Positions 1 to 12,117 of a stretch of DNA of 64,000 bases are shown here, piece after piece (position 1 is the first letter of the stretch; every line of letters begins with the position of its first letter). This DNA comes from Eledone cirrhosa (taxonomy: Eukaryota). The position numbers and the translations under genes are program-made. The notes below the pieces were generated by a model, which ran no database searches, was not told where the DNA came from, and saw nothing but the letters and a program-made list of their open reading frames with translations. Location: contig OZ024749.1 in NCBI GenBank assembly GCA_964016885.1, forward strand, positions 42,160,001 to 42,224,000, written 5' to 3'.

Positions 1-278
1 AATTGCTGGCCTTGTGTCAAAAGTAGAAACAATTATTTTATGTATCTTTGTTAAATTCCAAGCATAAATTAAATAATGATAAAGTGATAAAGTTAATTAT
101 ATGACTAAATCTGTCCAAATTCTTGAATATTTTAAAAATTATTTTAAAATCATAGGCAGTGTTTTTCATTAGAAATATGGTAACAAAAGTGTTAAAGTGT
201 TTATATTTATCTAAACATCTTCCATCATATTCCTTTTTTACAAGAACTTTTTAAGTTATGCTCCAAATACTAGATAAA

Positions 279-456
279 TAATTGTTTCTACCTTTGGCAG
301 AAGGCCAGCAATTACTGGTACTTTATTTTATCAACCACATAAGGATGAAAGGCAAAGCTAACCTCGGCAGGATTTGAACTCAGAACGTAAAGGGCCATAA
401 CTCTATACTGCAAAGCATGGTGTCTGACGCTCTACCGATACTGCCAATCCACTGCC
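279..456 (-). mobile_element. tRNA-derived SINE (short subfamily); a longer-tailed copy follows at ~474-855
   Basis: Sense strand has A-box TGGCAGTATCGG, B-box GAGTTCAAATCC, core TTTGCCTTTCATCCTT and an (ATT)-type tail. Confidence 0.85.
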
Positions 457-562
457 TTTATTAAATGAATGATGATTTCTAAGTTAGGCACAATGCCAGC
501 AATATATGGGCGGAGGGGAAAGTCAATTATATTGACCCTAGTACTTGACTGGTACTTTATAT

Positions 563-801
563 CAGGCATGTCAAACTGAGGATCTCTCGAGGGACACATG
601 GGTCACATATGTGTTGTCTGGGGGCCACACATGACAACTAATTGCACATATTACAACTAATATTTTTTTAATTTTATATTACGCTCGCGCTGTAAAAAAC
701 CTTTATGCAGGCCGCAGGTGTGCTTGTAAAGGGTCACATGTGCTTGTAAAGGGCCTCAGGTGTGCTTGTAAAGGGCCTCATGTTTGACATTGACATGCCT
801 G
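563..801. mobile_element. hAT (Charlie-like) MITE inserted into a SINE
   Basis: TIRs CAGGCATGTCAA / TTGACATGCCTG; perfect 8-bp TSD CTTTATAT (555-562, 802-809). Confidence 0.85.
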
Positions 802-1116
802 CTTTATATTATCACTTTCAAAACTGACACCTCAACAGGATTTGAACTAAGAACAAATACCATAAAGCTTACTGTCCAACTGACAATTCTCTCAATCTAC
901 CTAACAATAGAAATATATTAATGAAAAAGTTAAATAGAGGAAATGATTCATAACAAAGAGGGAATGATATTTTTTTGGGTTGAGACATGTTTAATAGTGA
1001 GAAAAACATATTTTGATGATGATATGACATGATAATAGAGAATTATATTGTTTACCTTGAGATTACGCCCTTTAGACATGTATGAGGGTGTGTACATATC
1101 TTGGTGTTATACACGC

Positions 1117-1149
<33 letters not shown>

Positions 1150-1291
1150 ATTTAAAGGTTAAACAAGGTTCAATGAATAAATCAAAGAATGAGTTTTACA
1201 ATAGATTGGAAGCACTCAACAGAATGGTTTTCCGGAGTTATTAATATTAATTCAAAATATTAACAAAAATAGACATTCGTGTGATCAACTA

Positions 1292-1358
1292 TATTTTATT
1301 ATACATATTTCAGAGGTACTGAGCTATCTTCAACAGTACGTTCTCATCAGATAAAATA
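1292..1358 (-). ncRNA. Minimal type I hammerhead ribozyme motif (family A), minus-strand copy
   Basis: Reverse complement reads TATTTTAT-CTGATGA-GAACGTACTG..CAGTACCTCT-GAAA-TATGTA-TA-ATAAAATA: 8-bp stem I, intact core, stem II, short quasi-palindromic stem III. Confidence 0.75.
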
Positions 1359-1490
1359 AGATGATGCATGACATACCTTGACATAGTAGATGGTTAAGAT
1401 TCAGTCACTACCATGACTGAATCTTAACCATCTGTTTACCATGACTGAATCTTAACCATCTACTATGTCAGGGTATGTCATGCATCATCT

Positions 1491-1557
1491 TATTTTATCT
1501 GATGAGGACGTACTGTTGAAGATAGCTCAGTACCTCTGAAATATGTATAATAAAATA
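1491..1557 (+). ncRNA. Minimal type I hammerhead ribozyme motif (family A), plus-strand copy
   Basis: Stem I TATTTTAT(1491-98)/ATAAAATA(1550-57); CTGATGA 1499-1505; stem II GGACGTACTG/CAGTACCTCT; GAAA 1538-41; TATGTA; predicted cleavage after A1549. Confidence 0.8.
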
Positions 1558-1598
1558 TACTTGATCACACGAATGTCTATTTTTGTTAATATTTTGAA

Positions 1599-1649
<51 letters not shown>

Positions 1650-1961
1650 ATGTATGTGTGTATGTATGTATGTATGTGTGCATATGTGTGTGTGCGTATA
1701 TATGTGTGTGTGCGTGTATATATATAGTTGAATCATTTTAACAATACCTACTTAACAATTCTCATAACAGTGCTGTATGTATGTGTGTGTGTGTGTATGG
1801 TATGCAGGTATGTATATATATATATATACACACCCAGATTATATATATATATATAAACACACATACATACATGTAAAGACACATACATGTGCGTCCATCC
1901 CATATCAGCATGGAAAAACAGATTAGATAATGATGATGATGATATGTGCGTGAGTGGGTGT

Positions 1962-2025
<64 letters not shown>

Positions 2026-3749
2026 CAAAAGAAAATAGCTGGGGGTCACTGAAGCTACTAGAAAAAGTAGCTAAATCTTCCTCAAATCACATCATTCCCA
2101 CCTAACCTTGTTACTCAACATTAACAGAGGAATTGCCCTTTCACAAACACATGGGCTAACAGTAATTGCCATTTCACAAACACGTAGGCTAACAGAGGAA
2201 TTGGCATTTTACGAACACGTGGGCTTATACTTTTCCCCACTTAAAACACTTTTGAAGATATTAACAACAATTTTCTACCTACAAACAAATGTGAAATGAT
2301 CCAGAAAATTTCAATATATCAATATAAATTGTTGGATACTTTTTTTCACCTGAGGCTCATTTATGAAGTATGTGGCTTAGTGGTGAGGGTGTTGGACTCA
2401 CAATCGTAAGGTTGAGGGTTCGACTTCTGGACCAGGTAGTTTATTGTGTTCTTGAACAAGAAGCTTTATGTTTCATTGATTGTCATGGCAGGAGTGAAGC
2501 CTTTGTCATTAAAACACCTGAGAACCCTCCTATGAGATACAGCCATGTAGGAAACCAACTAAACCTACATTGGTGTGAGATGTAACAACAACAGCATGAT
2601 CGGACTGGGGTACCTATCATTAAAACATCTGAGAAACCTCCAATGAAATACAGCCTGATAGGAGGCCAGCTAAACTTAGGTGTGAGCGGTAACAATAACA
2701 TACTAGGACTGGGACTACTATCACTAAAGTACCTGAAAAACCTCCAACATCAATTTTCCTTTTACTATCAGGTGTGAAATGACCATAAAATTACAATATA
2801 TCTATAGAAATTGTGGAAGAAAATATTTATATAACTAGATATATTTTTCCCTAAGGCTCCTATGATGTATGAAATTATAAAGTATAAAGTTCTATCTGGT
2901 TAGGTTTTTTCAAGCTAGCACCAGAAAGACTGCAATTAATCGGAGTAATTACTGCCTCACCTCAGGCCACAGGGATAATTAAATATAAATTGAGGAGGAG
3001 GAGTGAAATTCAAGGAATCATTTACAAAATGTAGAAGAAATGTTGTATTACATAGCATACATACCGAAAAGATGAAATTGGTTTATCTACAAATAACTGG
3101 TTGATTTTCTTATATGTATGCTTAAAAATAAAACTTAAGTCTTAGATTCCCCCACTTCAACCTTTTGGTAGCAACCCACTAGAAACTGACCCTGGTTCTA
3201 TAAAGAAAAACTGTTTTAAAGTGCCCATGTTTAAACATAAACTTTTCACTATGATGTTTTTGTAAGAGCTTTTTCTTAAATTATGTTCCAAACACCAACT
3301 TAATGAGAAAGTTAGCTGTATTTTTAAAATGCTCCAAATTTTTGACTATTTTCAAAATAAACAATGTAACCAGCTGCTCATACTGATGTTAAGGTAATGT
3401 TTTCAAAATAAATATCAAAATCTCATAGATTCAATATTATGTGAGATAAAGCTTTTACCATGAAAATATAATAGTAAATATATAGTAAAGTAAATGCTAA
3501 AGGGTTAAAGTATTCATTCTGTTTCATGGATTGTTTTCATTTTCAAGAGAGAAAAGTCCACTGAAGATCAAATAAATAATATCAAAATTTCATAGATTTG
3601 ATATTATGTGAGGTAAAGCCTTTACCATAAAAATAATAGTAAATGTAGAGTAATGTAAGTGGCAAAGGGTTAAAATAAACAACTTTGTATCATAGAACCA
3701 GATGCAGTTTCAGGTGGTTTAGTGACAACAGAATCAAAAATAATTTTAA

Positions 3750-3963
3750 CCCTTTAGCATTTGAACCGGCCATATCTGGCCGGAATTCACTCACTTCTTT
3801 CTGTTCAAACCGGCCGTACTGACTGCTCTATGTTAAGGTATTGTTCTCAAAATAAATAACATCAAAATCTCGTAGATACGATACTATGTGAGATATTATG
3901 TGAGATAAAGCCTTTAACATGAAAATAGAAAAGTAAATATAGAATAATGTAAATGCTAAAGGG
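3750..3963. mobile_element. piggyBac-like (TTAA) MITE; other copies 36514-36732, ~40430-40625 (inverted), partials near 3370-3508, 15720-15896, 24630-24792
   Basis: TTAA|CCCTTTAGCATTT ... AAATGCTAAAGGG|TTAA. Confidence 0.8.
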
Positions 3964-4510
3964 TTAAAGGTAAAAATCTTTTGGCACATCTGGATTAAAA
4001 AAAAAAGGAAAAAATACACAGAATATATCTTATGAAGAAACCATGGTAAAAGGGTTGAGGGGGGTAGGGGTGGGGTGGGGGTTTAGTCATTTTGCAACGA
4101 TACCTATAGTGCAGAGTGTAGGGTGTCGTGTTGATTTGCAGGGGGGAGGGGGCCTGTTGAGATGTTAGCGGCAGAATGACATGTTGTGATGCAGGTGGCA
4201 GATACATTGAGATGCAAGGGGTTTGTTATGTTGAGATGCAAGGGGTGATATGTTGATTTGCAAAGGTGGGATGTGATGTTAATTTGCAAGGGTGGGGCAT
4301 CATGTTGAGATGCAGAGAGTGGGGTGATATGTTGAAATGCAGGGGGTAGGCCTGATGATTTGCAGGGGAAGGGCATCACATTAAGATGCAGAGAGTGGGG
4401 GGGGGGATGTGTAGAAATGCAGGGAGTAGACCTGATGATTTGCAATGGGGAGGGAGTTGTAAGAGATGCAAGGAGTGGGTTGTCATATTGAGATGCAACT
4501 GTTGACTTAC

Positions 4511-4566
4511 CTGTTGCTGGCAAGACGGAGAGGTGGAGCTGGTGGTTTCTCTGGATCATCAGACAT
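4511..4566 (-). CDS. Pak: First coding exon (coding part) of a group I p21-activated serine/threonine kinase (PAK1/2/3-like); full exon 4511-4600 including 34 nt of 5'UTR
   Basis: Minus strand reads polypyrimidine tract tctcttcttgtctcttctattttcAG | GTGTGAG...GTTACC ATG TCT GAT GAT CCA GAG AAA CCA CCA GCT CCA CCT CTC CGT CTT GCC AGC AAC AG | GTAAGT. Translation MSDDPEKPPAPPLRLASN(R/S) matches the group I PAK N-terminal PxxPxRxxS Nck-binding motif (Drosophila Pak begins MSSEEDKPPAPPVRLTSN, from memory). Good Kozak context and a canonical phase-2 donor. No later coding exon recognised, so the gene presumably continues left of the window. Confidence 0.9.
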
Positions 4567-4631
4567 GGTAACTCAACTGTTTATGTCCCACCACTCACAC
4601 CTGAAAATAGAAGAGACAAGAAGAGATTTAG

Positions 4632-4661
4632 TAACAGCTAGAAGTCATACATACACACACA

Positions 4662-4705
<44 letters not shown>

Positions 4706-4807
4706 CACACACAAACAGCTAGAAGTCATACATACACACACATTCATATATATATATATATATATACATACACACACAAACAGCTAGAAGTCATACATAC
4801 ACACACA

Positions 4808-4845
<38 letters not shown>

Positions 4846-4880
4846 CACACACAAACAGCAAGAAGTCATACATGCACACA
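4632..4880. repeat. Compound repeat ACAGCTAGAAGTCATACATACACACACATTC(AT)n, 3-4 copies
   Basis: Seen directly; begins about 30 nt from the Pak exon acceptor. Confidence 0.9.
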
Positions 4881-5754
4881 GTCACACACATACACCAACA
4901 GCAGAAAATCATACATGTACATGAATAATCACACATATACATGGATAAGACATTGTAACTAAACCACTTCCTGTGTTTGTGTCTCAGTCACAGCAATAAC
5001 TCACAGTGATATAGGACAGACAAACTCCCCTGAACTTAATCCAACGATCACCACCACCAACCAACCATCATTTACCACCCTTTACCAACCATCACCACCT
5101 CCATTACTACCAACAACCACTACTACAAGAACTCCCACTAAATTAACATCCCCACCCCCCGTCACCACGACCTCCATGAATCCCACAACCACCACCACAA
5201 ATAACCCTCCTATCACCCCCACTACCCAACCATCATCAACACCACCCAACTACCACCATCATCACCAACACCACAAATAACCCTCCCACCGCCAACTACC
5301 ATTACCACCATCATCATCATCATCAATTACCACAACCACCACCACCCAACCCCCACCATCACCCAACCACTACAACCAACCATCACCACCCCACCAACCA
5401 CCACCACCACAACCTCCAATGTTATTGATTCTGTTGTTTCATATCGGTCAAGTTTACAGCCTACAGTCTAACTAGTAGAGAGTTCTACCAACCAATTCTA
5501 GTATTCCACTGTTGCAGGTTACAATTACATTTACATATGGATTAATATAAACTACAGAGAGTCAAGTGAAATTGAAGATACCATCTGCTAGTCAAACCAT
5601 TCTTCCCTTGGCACTGATGGTATAGATTTCTTGCTAATGCCCAGTACTGCATTACAAAACAAATTATAAATGTGTGCATGTGTGCGTTCGTCCAGCCTTT
5701 GATAGGAAGGAAGGCAGATGTTAAATGATGATGATGATAGTGTGTGTATGTGTG

Positions 5755-6145
5755 TAAAATGTAAACAGAAATAACAACACAATTGGTACAGTATATGTAA
5801 GGTATATATTAGGTTAATGCTTGAAATAGCAGGAAGAGGAACTTAACGTTTCGGATGCTAGTCCTTCATCAGAAGAAAGAATGATAAATTAGAAAGATTG
5901 AAGGGACGGGTAGGGCAGAATCAGAAAAAATGTTTTCAGAAGGCCCATTCATGTTGCCATCTCTTAAACTTAAGAAAATGAACAAAGAAAGGACAATACA
6001 ATAATCGGAAACAAAACAAAACGAAAAATAATTTTTTAAGAGGAAACCTTAAAAAATTATTTTTTTAAATAAAAATATAAACGAAGGACACAGAACTCCA
6101 TGGTCATCGGCCGTTGAGATGGACTTCGGCAGTTTCGACCCCTAG
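5755..6145 (-). mobile_element. Two abutting short repeats: family C (5966-6145, homologous to 62948-63072 +) and family B (5755-5965, homologous to 56535-56760 +)
   Basis: Direct sequence matches between the loci, e.g. GGGGTCGAAACTGC..GTCCATCTCAACGGCCGATGAC and GAGATGGYAACATGAATGG...CTGATGAAGGAC. Confidence 0.65.
5841..5876 (-). ncRNA. Very small Penelope-type hammerhead-like motif (family B)
   Basis: TCTT-CTGATGA-A-GGACTAGCATCC-GAAA-CGTT-AAG: intact core with an extra A before stem II and palindromic AACGTT, but stem I is only about 3 bp. Confidence 0.55.
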
Positions 6146-8828
6146 ATCTGTATTTTGGAATGGTTTCTACAACTGGATGCCCTTCCTAACACCAACTACA
6201 TTACAGTATGGACTGGTTGAAAAGTTGTATATTATAAGCGGTCTCTTGGTTGTTTTAATCATAGGAGACCCAATCCTATCATGAAAAGTAACATGGAATG
6301 AATTATCTTGCTCATGAACACAATGCACTGCCTTGTTCAGGAATCAAATCCTATGATCTTATGATTGTGTGCCCAATCCCCTAACCATTAGGCCACACAC
6401 CTTCACATTGATATAAGGCAAAGGAGAGGCCTATTGAAAACATATATTACAGTCTCCATGCAACACTGCAAGAACTGGAAATTGGCCTGCAACCTTTCCT
6501 GGAAGGCATTGGAACAGCCGCCCAGAGATTTCATATCCAGAGACCCCAAACAGAAGAAGATAACAAAAAAGTTGGGGGAGATTTTGTATGCTACATCATA
6601 TTTAATAACATCCACTGGGTAGATGAAGAGAAACTAATGGCTGTATTTCACTCTATGGGGTGTAGTTTTCCCTGACTCCTTGATCTATACCAGTTGTCAG
6701 ATATGAAGCCTTTCTTTACAATAAAGCCATACAGTTGGAATATATCAGCAATTACAAGCTAGATTTATCAGACCTAAACGTTTTAGATTATCTCACAAGA
6801 TGACTGCTGGAATATTTTGGCTTCCATCCTATATTTCCACACACATCATGGCTACAGACACATATCACAAACAGTTTGAAATAAAACTAAAAATCAAATC
6901 AAATCCTTATTACACTTCAGAAACTCTACATTCATATATTTATGTTTTCCTATTATTATATTGATTATCGTTATTATTATTTTTATTATTACTATTATTA
7001 TCGGTGTTGTTCCCACCATCATCACTGCAATCATCATCATTTCTGATGTTGTTGTTGTTGCTATTATCATTATTATTATTATTATCATCATCTCTCCCAA
7101 ATAGCTTGAAAACAAACTTGAGATAAGATTTACTTGTAAAAAGAAGTCAGAATAATTTCATGACTTCACAGTAATCAGTCTATTTATATCTCTGTTCTCA
7201 ACATTGTATATGATTATCATCATTTAAAGGTTGTTTTCCCTGCTATATCCTTGTTCTCAACATAACATATATATATCAGATAGGGTCTGCTCAGTCATCG
7301 TGGTGCTGAATCTTTTCATATCTATCTATATATATATACACACATACATGCATCCTTGTTCATAACACACAAACATACACAACATATATATTTTTCTTTG
7401 TTCTTCCAATGTAATCTGTCCAAATTGGAGAGAATTAGCACTAAAATACACAGCTAAGACTTGGCACAGGTGTTGGGGGAAAGAATTCTTTTAAATCTGT
7501 CAGAAAATTGACACAGAAATTATTTTCTTCAAACAATAAATACGAGAGACTGCTGATAAATATATATCAGGGGAGGGAGGGTGGTTGTGTGTGTGTGTTT
7601 TCCAGGATTTGTGTATGTGTGTTTTTCCTGAATTTCTGAGTGTGGTTTCTTCCAGACATTTCTTGGGATTTTTTAAACTTTTATTTTTCTTCCTCGATAG
7701 TTTAAATTCTCAAGAAGCCCTTTTAACATCAAACCACTAGAAACCGCCCCTGGTTCTAGAAAACTGTTTACTATCCACCATAATTTTATATGAGAACCTT
7801 TGTCAACTTTTTTGGTACCAAACCACCCCTGGTTTTATGATATAGGACTGTTTATTTTAAAGTATTTATATTTATCTAAAAACATTTCACCATAATTTTA
7901 TGAGAACCTTTATTAAGTTATGTTTCAAAATCAAGCAGAAAACTGTATTACTAAATCTTTCCCAAATTCTTGATTGTTTTCAAAACGGTTAGAAAATCAT
8001 AGGCAGTGTCTTTCATTAGAAATATGGTAATAAAAGGGTTAAGGGATGTCATTTAAGAAACTCATTTTCAGCAAGTTGGCAACAGAAAATATATATTTTA
8101 ATTAGCATGTGGTCAATTTAATGAGCTTAAGGGCGATGGGTCAATGACAGGACATGTAATTTAACAAACTTGAGGTCAGCAGGTCAGTGTCAACAGGTAA
8201 TTTAAGGTGTTAAGAGCTATTTACCAAGATTGTAGCTCTTCAACCCTTTTGATAACAACCTACCTCCGTTTCTATGAAACAAAACCACCAATTTCAAATG
8301 GTCACTACCTAAATTAAAACCTTCCAACAATCTGTTTATGTTACATATACCATCTTAATGGTAGAAGAAAGACACTCGCTCAAGTCTATGGTAGAAGAAA
8401 GACACTGGCTGGAGTTCACACAGTGGGATTGAACCTGAAACCACAGGATTGCAAAGCAAACTACTTGTGTGTGTGCGTGTGCGTGTGTGTAAAAGAACCC
8501 TGCCACATAAGTCAATAATAGACAAGCTGTACAAATATCAACAATAACTATTCAACTGTCTTTGTGAAGAGGAAGGAGTGGAGGAATGGCGGCGGTGAGG
8601 AAAGAGGAAAGAGGGGTAGGGTGGGGGAGCAAGAGGGGGAGAGAGAGAGAAGGAGAGGGGGGGGGATTCCAGATAGATGAGTCAACCAAAGCCTCTGTAG
8701 TAGTCAAAAGGTCAGTCACTCTATGTAGGACAATATGACAACTAAACACAGGTGTAGCAGTAAAAAACTGCAGGGTGGTGGGCCTAGTAGGGATATCTAC
8801 CCTGACATTGCTCCCAACATTCAATAAT

Positions 8829-9812
8829 AATTGTTTCTACTTTTGGCACAAGGCCATCAATTACCCCAGTGCATTACTGGTACTTTATTTTATCGACCCT
8901 GTAAGGATGAAAGGCAAAGTTAACCTCGGCGGGATTTGAACTAAGAATGGCAAGGGCTATAACTATGCATCAAAGCATGGCGTCCGACCCTCTACCGATA
9001 CTGCCAATACACCGCCCTATACTGCCAACATTAATTGTTTCTACTTTTTGGCACAAGGCCAGCAATTACCCTAGTGCATTACTGGTACTATCAACCCCAT
9101 AAGGATGAAAGGCAAAGTTAACCTCGGCAGAATTTGAACTCAGACTGCAAAGGGCTGTAAACCTGTGCTGCAAAGCATGGCGTCCGACCCTCTACCGATA
9201 CTGCCAAATGATTTCTAATTTAGATTAGACACATGGCCAGAAAATTTGGGAGAAAGACAAAGTTGATTATATCAACCCCCTAGTACATGACTGGTACATT
9301 ATTTTATTGAACCTAGAAAGATTGAAAAGCAAGGTTGACGTTGACAGGATTTGGACAATAATAATAATGTTTCTACTTTTGGCACAAGGCCAACAATTAC
9401 CCCAGTACATTACTGGTACTTTATTTTACCGATCCTGTAAGGATGAAAGGCAAAGTTAACTTTGGCGGGATTTGAACTCAGAACGTAAAGGGCCATAACT
9501 ATGCTGGACAGCATGGTGTCTGATGCTCTACCGACACTGCCATAATAATTGTTTCTACTTTTGGCACAAGGCCAGCAATTACCCAGTGCATTACTGGTAC
9601 TTTATTTTATCGACCCCGTAAGGATGAAAGGCAAAGTCAACCTCGGCGGGATTTGAACTCAGATCGTAAAGGGACGTAACTCTATGCTGGAAAGCATGGC
9701 GTCCGACCCTCTACCGATACTGCCAATCCACATGGTTTCTGATTTAGGCACAAGGCCAGCAATTTTGGGGGAGGGGGAAAGTCGATTAAATCTACCCCCA
9801 GTGGTACTTTAT
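8829..9812 (-). mobile_element. Head-to-tail cluster of six tRNA-derived SINE copies
   Basis: Copies start near 8829, 9033, 9209, 9367, 9547 and 9733, all in the same orientation. Confidence 0.9.
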
Positions 9813-11844
9813 TATGGAATGCTCAGCCACTTGCACACTAATTTCATGAGAAGGCAGCATGTTTTGAGTTGAAATCTTGCCAATGTCAACTTTGCCTTTC
9901 CTTCTTCCTGAGTCGATAAAAGTACCATACCAGTAAAATACTGGGATCAGTGTAATCACCCCCCCCCCCCCCCCCCAACAATTGCTGGCCTTATGTCTAA
10001 ATTAGAAACCATTACTATAACTTCCTGTTTGAAAACTAATCTCAAGAAAGATCAAGGGGTTGGAGACAGAGTTGAATGTATGGTGAGTCTACCAAACCAA
10101 CCAAACCAACCAACAAACCAACAAAACCAACAAAACCAAACCAGTAAGCAATGGTTCTTGGACTCTATATATAGAACACTCCCTAAAGTGATTTCCTGAT
10201 TATGGAAGGGGGGGGGAGGTAGCTGAAGAATCTGGCTTATCTTATAGCCAGTGTTTATCTTGTGTCTTCCAGCAAGAGAGAGAGAGAGTTGGAATTATAT
10301 AAAGAACACACCAGGAAGAGGGGGGGGGGGCAGAGATAGAGGAAAGGGGAAGGAGGACCAGTTCCAATAAAAATAAATAACATTTTGGTGAGACACTCTC
10401 TTCCTGGCATTTAGAGGATGGGTAGGGGGTGGTGCTACAGAATCTGTAATTGTTTATTAATTTTAACCTCGAAAGAAACTATATATATATATATATATGT
10501 GTGTATGTATGTGTCATCATCATCAGCACCATTTTACATCGCTTTTCCATACTGATATGGATTAAACTGGTCGTCACAGCACATTCTGAGATTAGGCAGG
10601 TCAAACGACTATGTCCTGCACATATGTATGAGTAAAACTTATGTTTGATTGTTGCTTGGTTTCTACAACAGGATGTCCGGTATCCGTCCGATTGTCATTA
10701 TGGTTCAGTAGTTAGAGAGTTGGGTTCGATTCTTGGACTGGGAAATGTATTGTGTCCTTGAGCAAGACACTTTATTTCATGTTGCTCCAGTTCACTTCAG
10801 CTACAGAAATGAGTTGCAATTTCGTTGGTGCCAAGCTGTATCGGCATTTACTTTTCCAAACTAGTAACTAGTACACTCATTAAAACAAAGCTAATTACAA
10901 ATTAAATGTCTATACTAGATCCAAGAGACATCATCTATAATTCCTAGCTCAAACAATTCTCAACCTAAAATAAGTCACCACTTATTTTAGGTTGAAAAAA
11001 AAAACAAATTAGTGGATTTACTAAAATATGTTTGTCAGAAAAGAAACAGAAAGAATCACCAGAGAAGAGAGGGTGACCTTACGCCTTTCACCACCTCCCT
11101 AAAGATCCTTATAAGGGGAGAAAGTAGGATTGTATGTTACTGAGAAGAGGGGTAAAAAATACTTCCCTAATAGGGGTAGCAAAACATAGCACAAAAATGG
11201 TGGAGGTGGGGTGGATCTCTCTGATAATCAAGTTTTGTTGTCTCTGAGGAATATTTATCAGGGATAAGGGACTGCATGGGAAGGGGGAGAAAAGGGGTTA
11301 GGTGTAGTTAATGGATAAACCTAATCTTCAGATTAACTCTTTTGATACCAACCTACTTGATGGTTTCAAAAGAGTTAAAACATAGCTTAGTATCATAGAA
11401 CCAGTGGTGGTTTCAGACAGTTTGCAATCAAAAGAGTTAAAGAGAGCAGGATGTAATTTAAGGAAGATTCAGCTGCTATTTCTAGCAGGTTATATGAATA
11501 CATAGTTTCCTTTGTTGACTCAAGTAACCAACTAATAAAGAGAGGTGAGCAAATTATACAACAGAAATAACAGAAACTTGAAATAAATGTTCTTTTTGTT
11601 AATTATTCATTAATTATCTAGTGTAACAGTTCAGTCTTCCTCCAGGAGTCTGTTGTACAATTTGAAAATGTACTCAGTGTAATGGTTGTTAATTAAATAT
11701 AATCTAATTACGGTAATGAAGATATTTGAAAATCTTGTGGCAATTTGAAAAGTTATAACTTAACCTCTCTTAGACGAAGTTGTTGTTGTTACAGATTTCA
11801 CCTATATAGGTTTAACTGGCCTCTTATGGTTGGGTCGGGGGAAC

Positions 11845-12117
11845 GCGTGTGGCTTAGTGCTAAGGGTGTTGGACTTACGATCATAACGCTGCGGCTTCGA
11901 TTCCTGGACTGTGTTGTGTGTTGTGTTCTTGAGCAAAAGACTTCATTTCATCTTGCTCCAGTATACTCAGCTAAAAATGAGTATCAGCAATAACTGGGGG
12001 ATTTAACCCTGCAATGGACTGGCATCCTATCCAGGGAAGTCATGAACTTTCAGCCACCTAACATCACAAATTAGGATAAGCACCAGTCTGATGAGCCTCT
12101 GGGCTCAAGACAGACTT
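11845..12117 (+). mobile_element. Second tRNA-derived SINE family; other copies ~2369-2478 (+), ~6290-6398 (-), ~10700-10850 (+), ~35690-35950 (-), ~45925-46062 (-), ~60560-60815 (+)
   Basis: A-box GTGGCTTAGTG, B-box-like TTCGATTCC, followed by TGTGTTCTTGAGCAA..ACTT.ATTTCA..TTGCTCCAG. Confidence 0.75.

Larger units (their letters stand above)
1150..1605. mobile_element. Non-autonomous Penelope-like fold-back element in a (TA)n tract
   Basis: 164-bp inverted arms (1244-1407 / 1442-1605, about 3 mismatches), each with a hammerhead; flanked by TA repeats; the minus-strand arm continues to the UU-bulge hairpin. Confidence 0.7.

Noticed and set aside
1056-1097. Minus-strand mini ORF MYTPSYMSKGRNLK ending at AAG|GTAAAC, as an alternative Pak first exon
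   Set aside because: The phase 0 donor is incompatible with the phase 2 donor of the supported exon, and there is no homology.
2956-3030. Strong minus-strand donor GAG|GTGAGG
   Set aside because: No matching acceptor or PAK-like reading frame upstream.
4466-4924. 152-aa plus-strand ORF
   Set aside because: Antisense to the real Pak exon and runs into TA/CA repeats.
9690-9735. tRNA genes suggested by A/B boxes
   Set aside because: These are SINE heads continuing into SINE bodies; no cloverleaf.
12085-12115. CTGATGAG (also inverted at ~35718) as a hammerhead core
   Set aside because: Part of a SINE tail, with no GAAA..UH or stems I/III.
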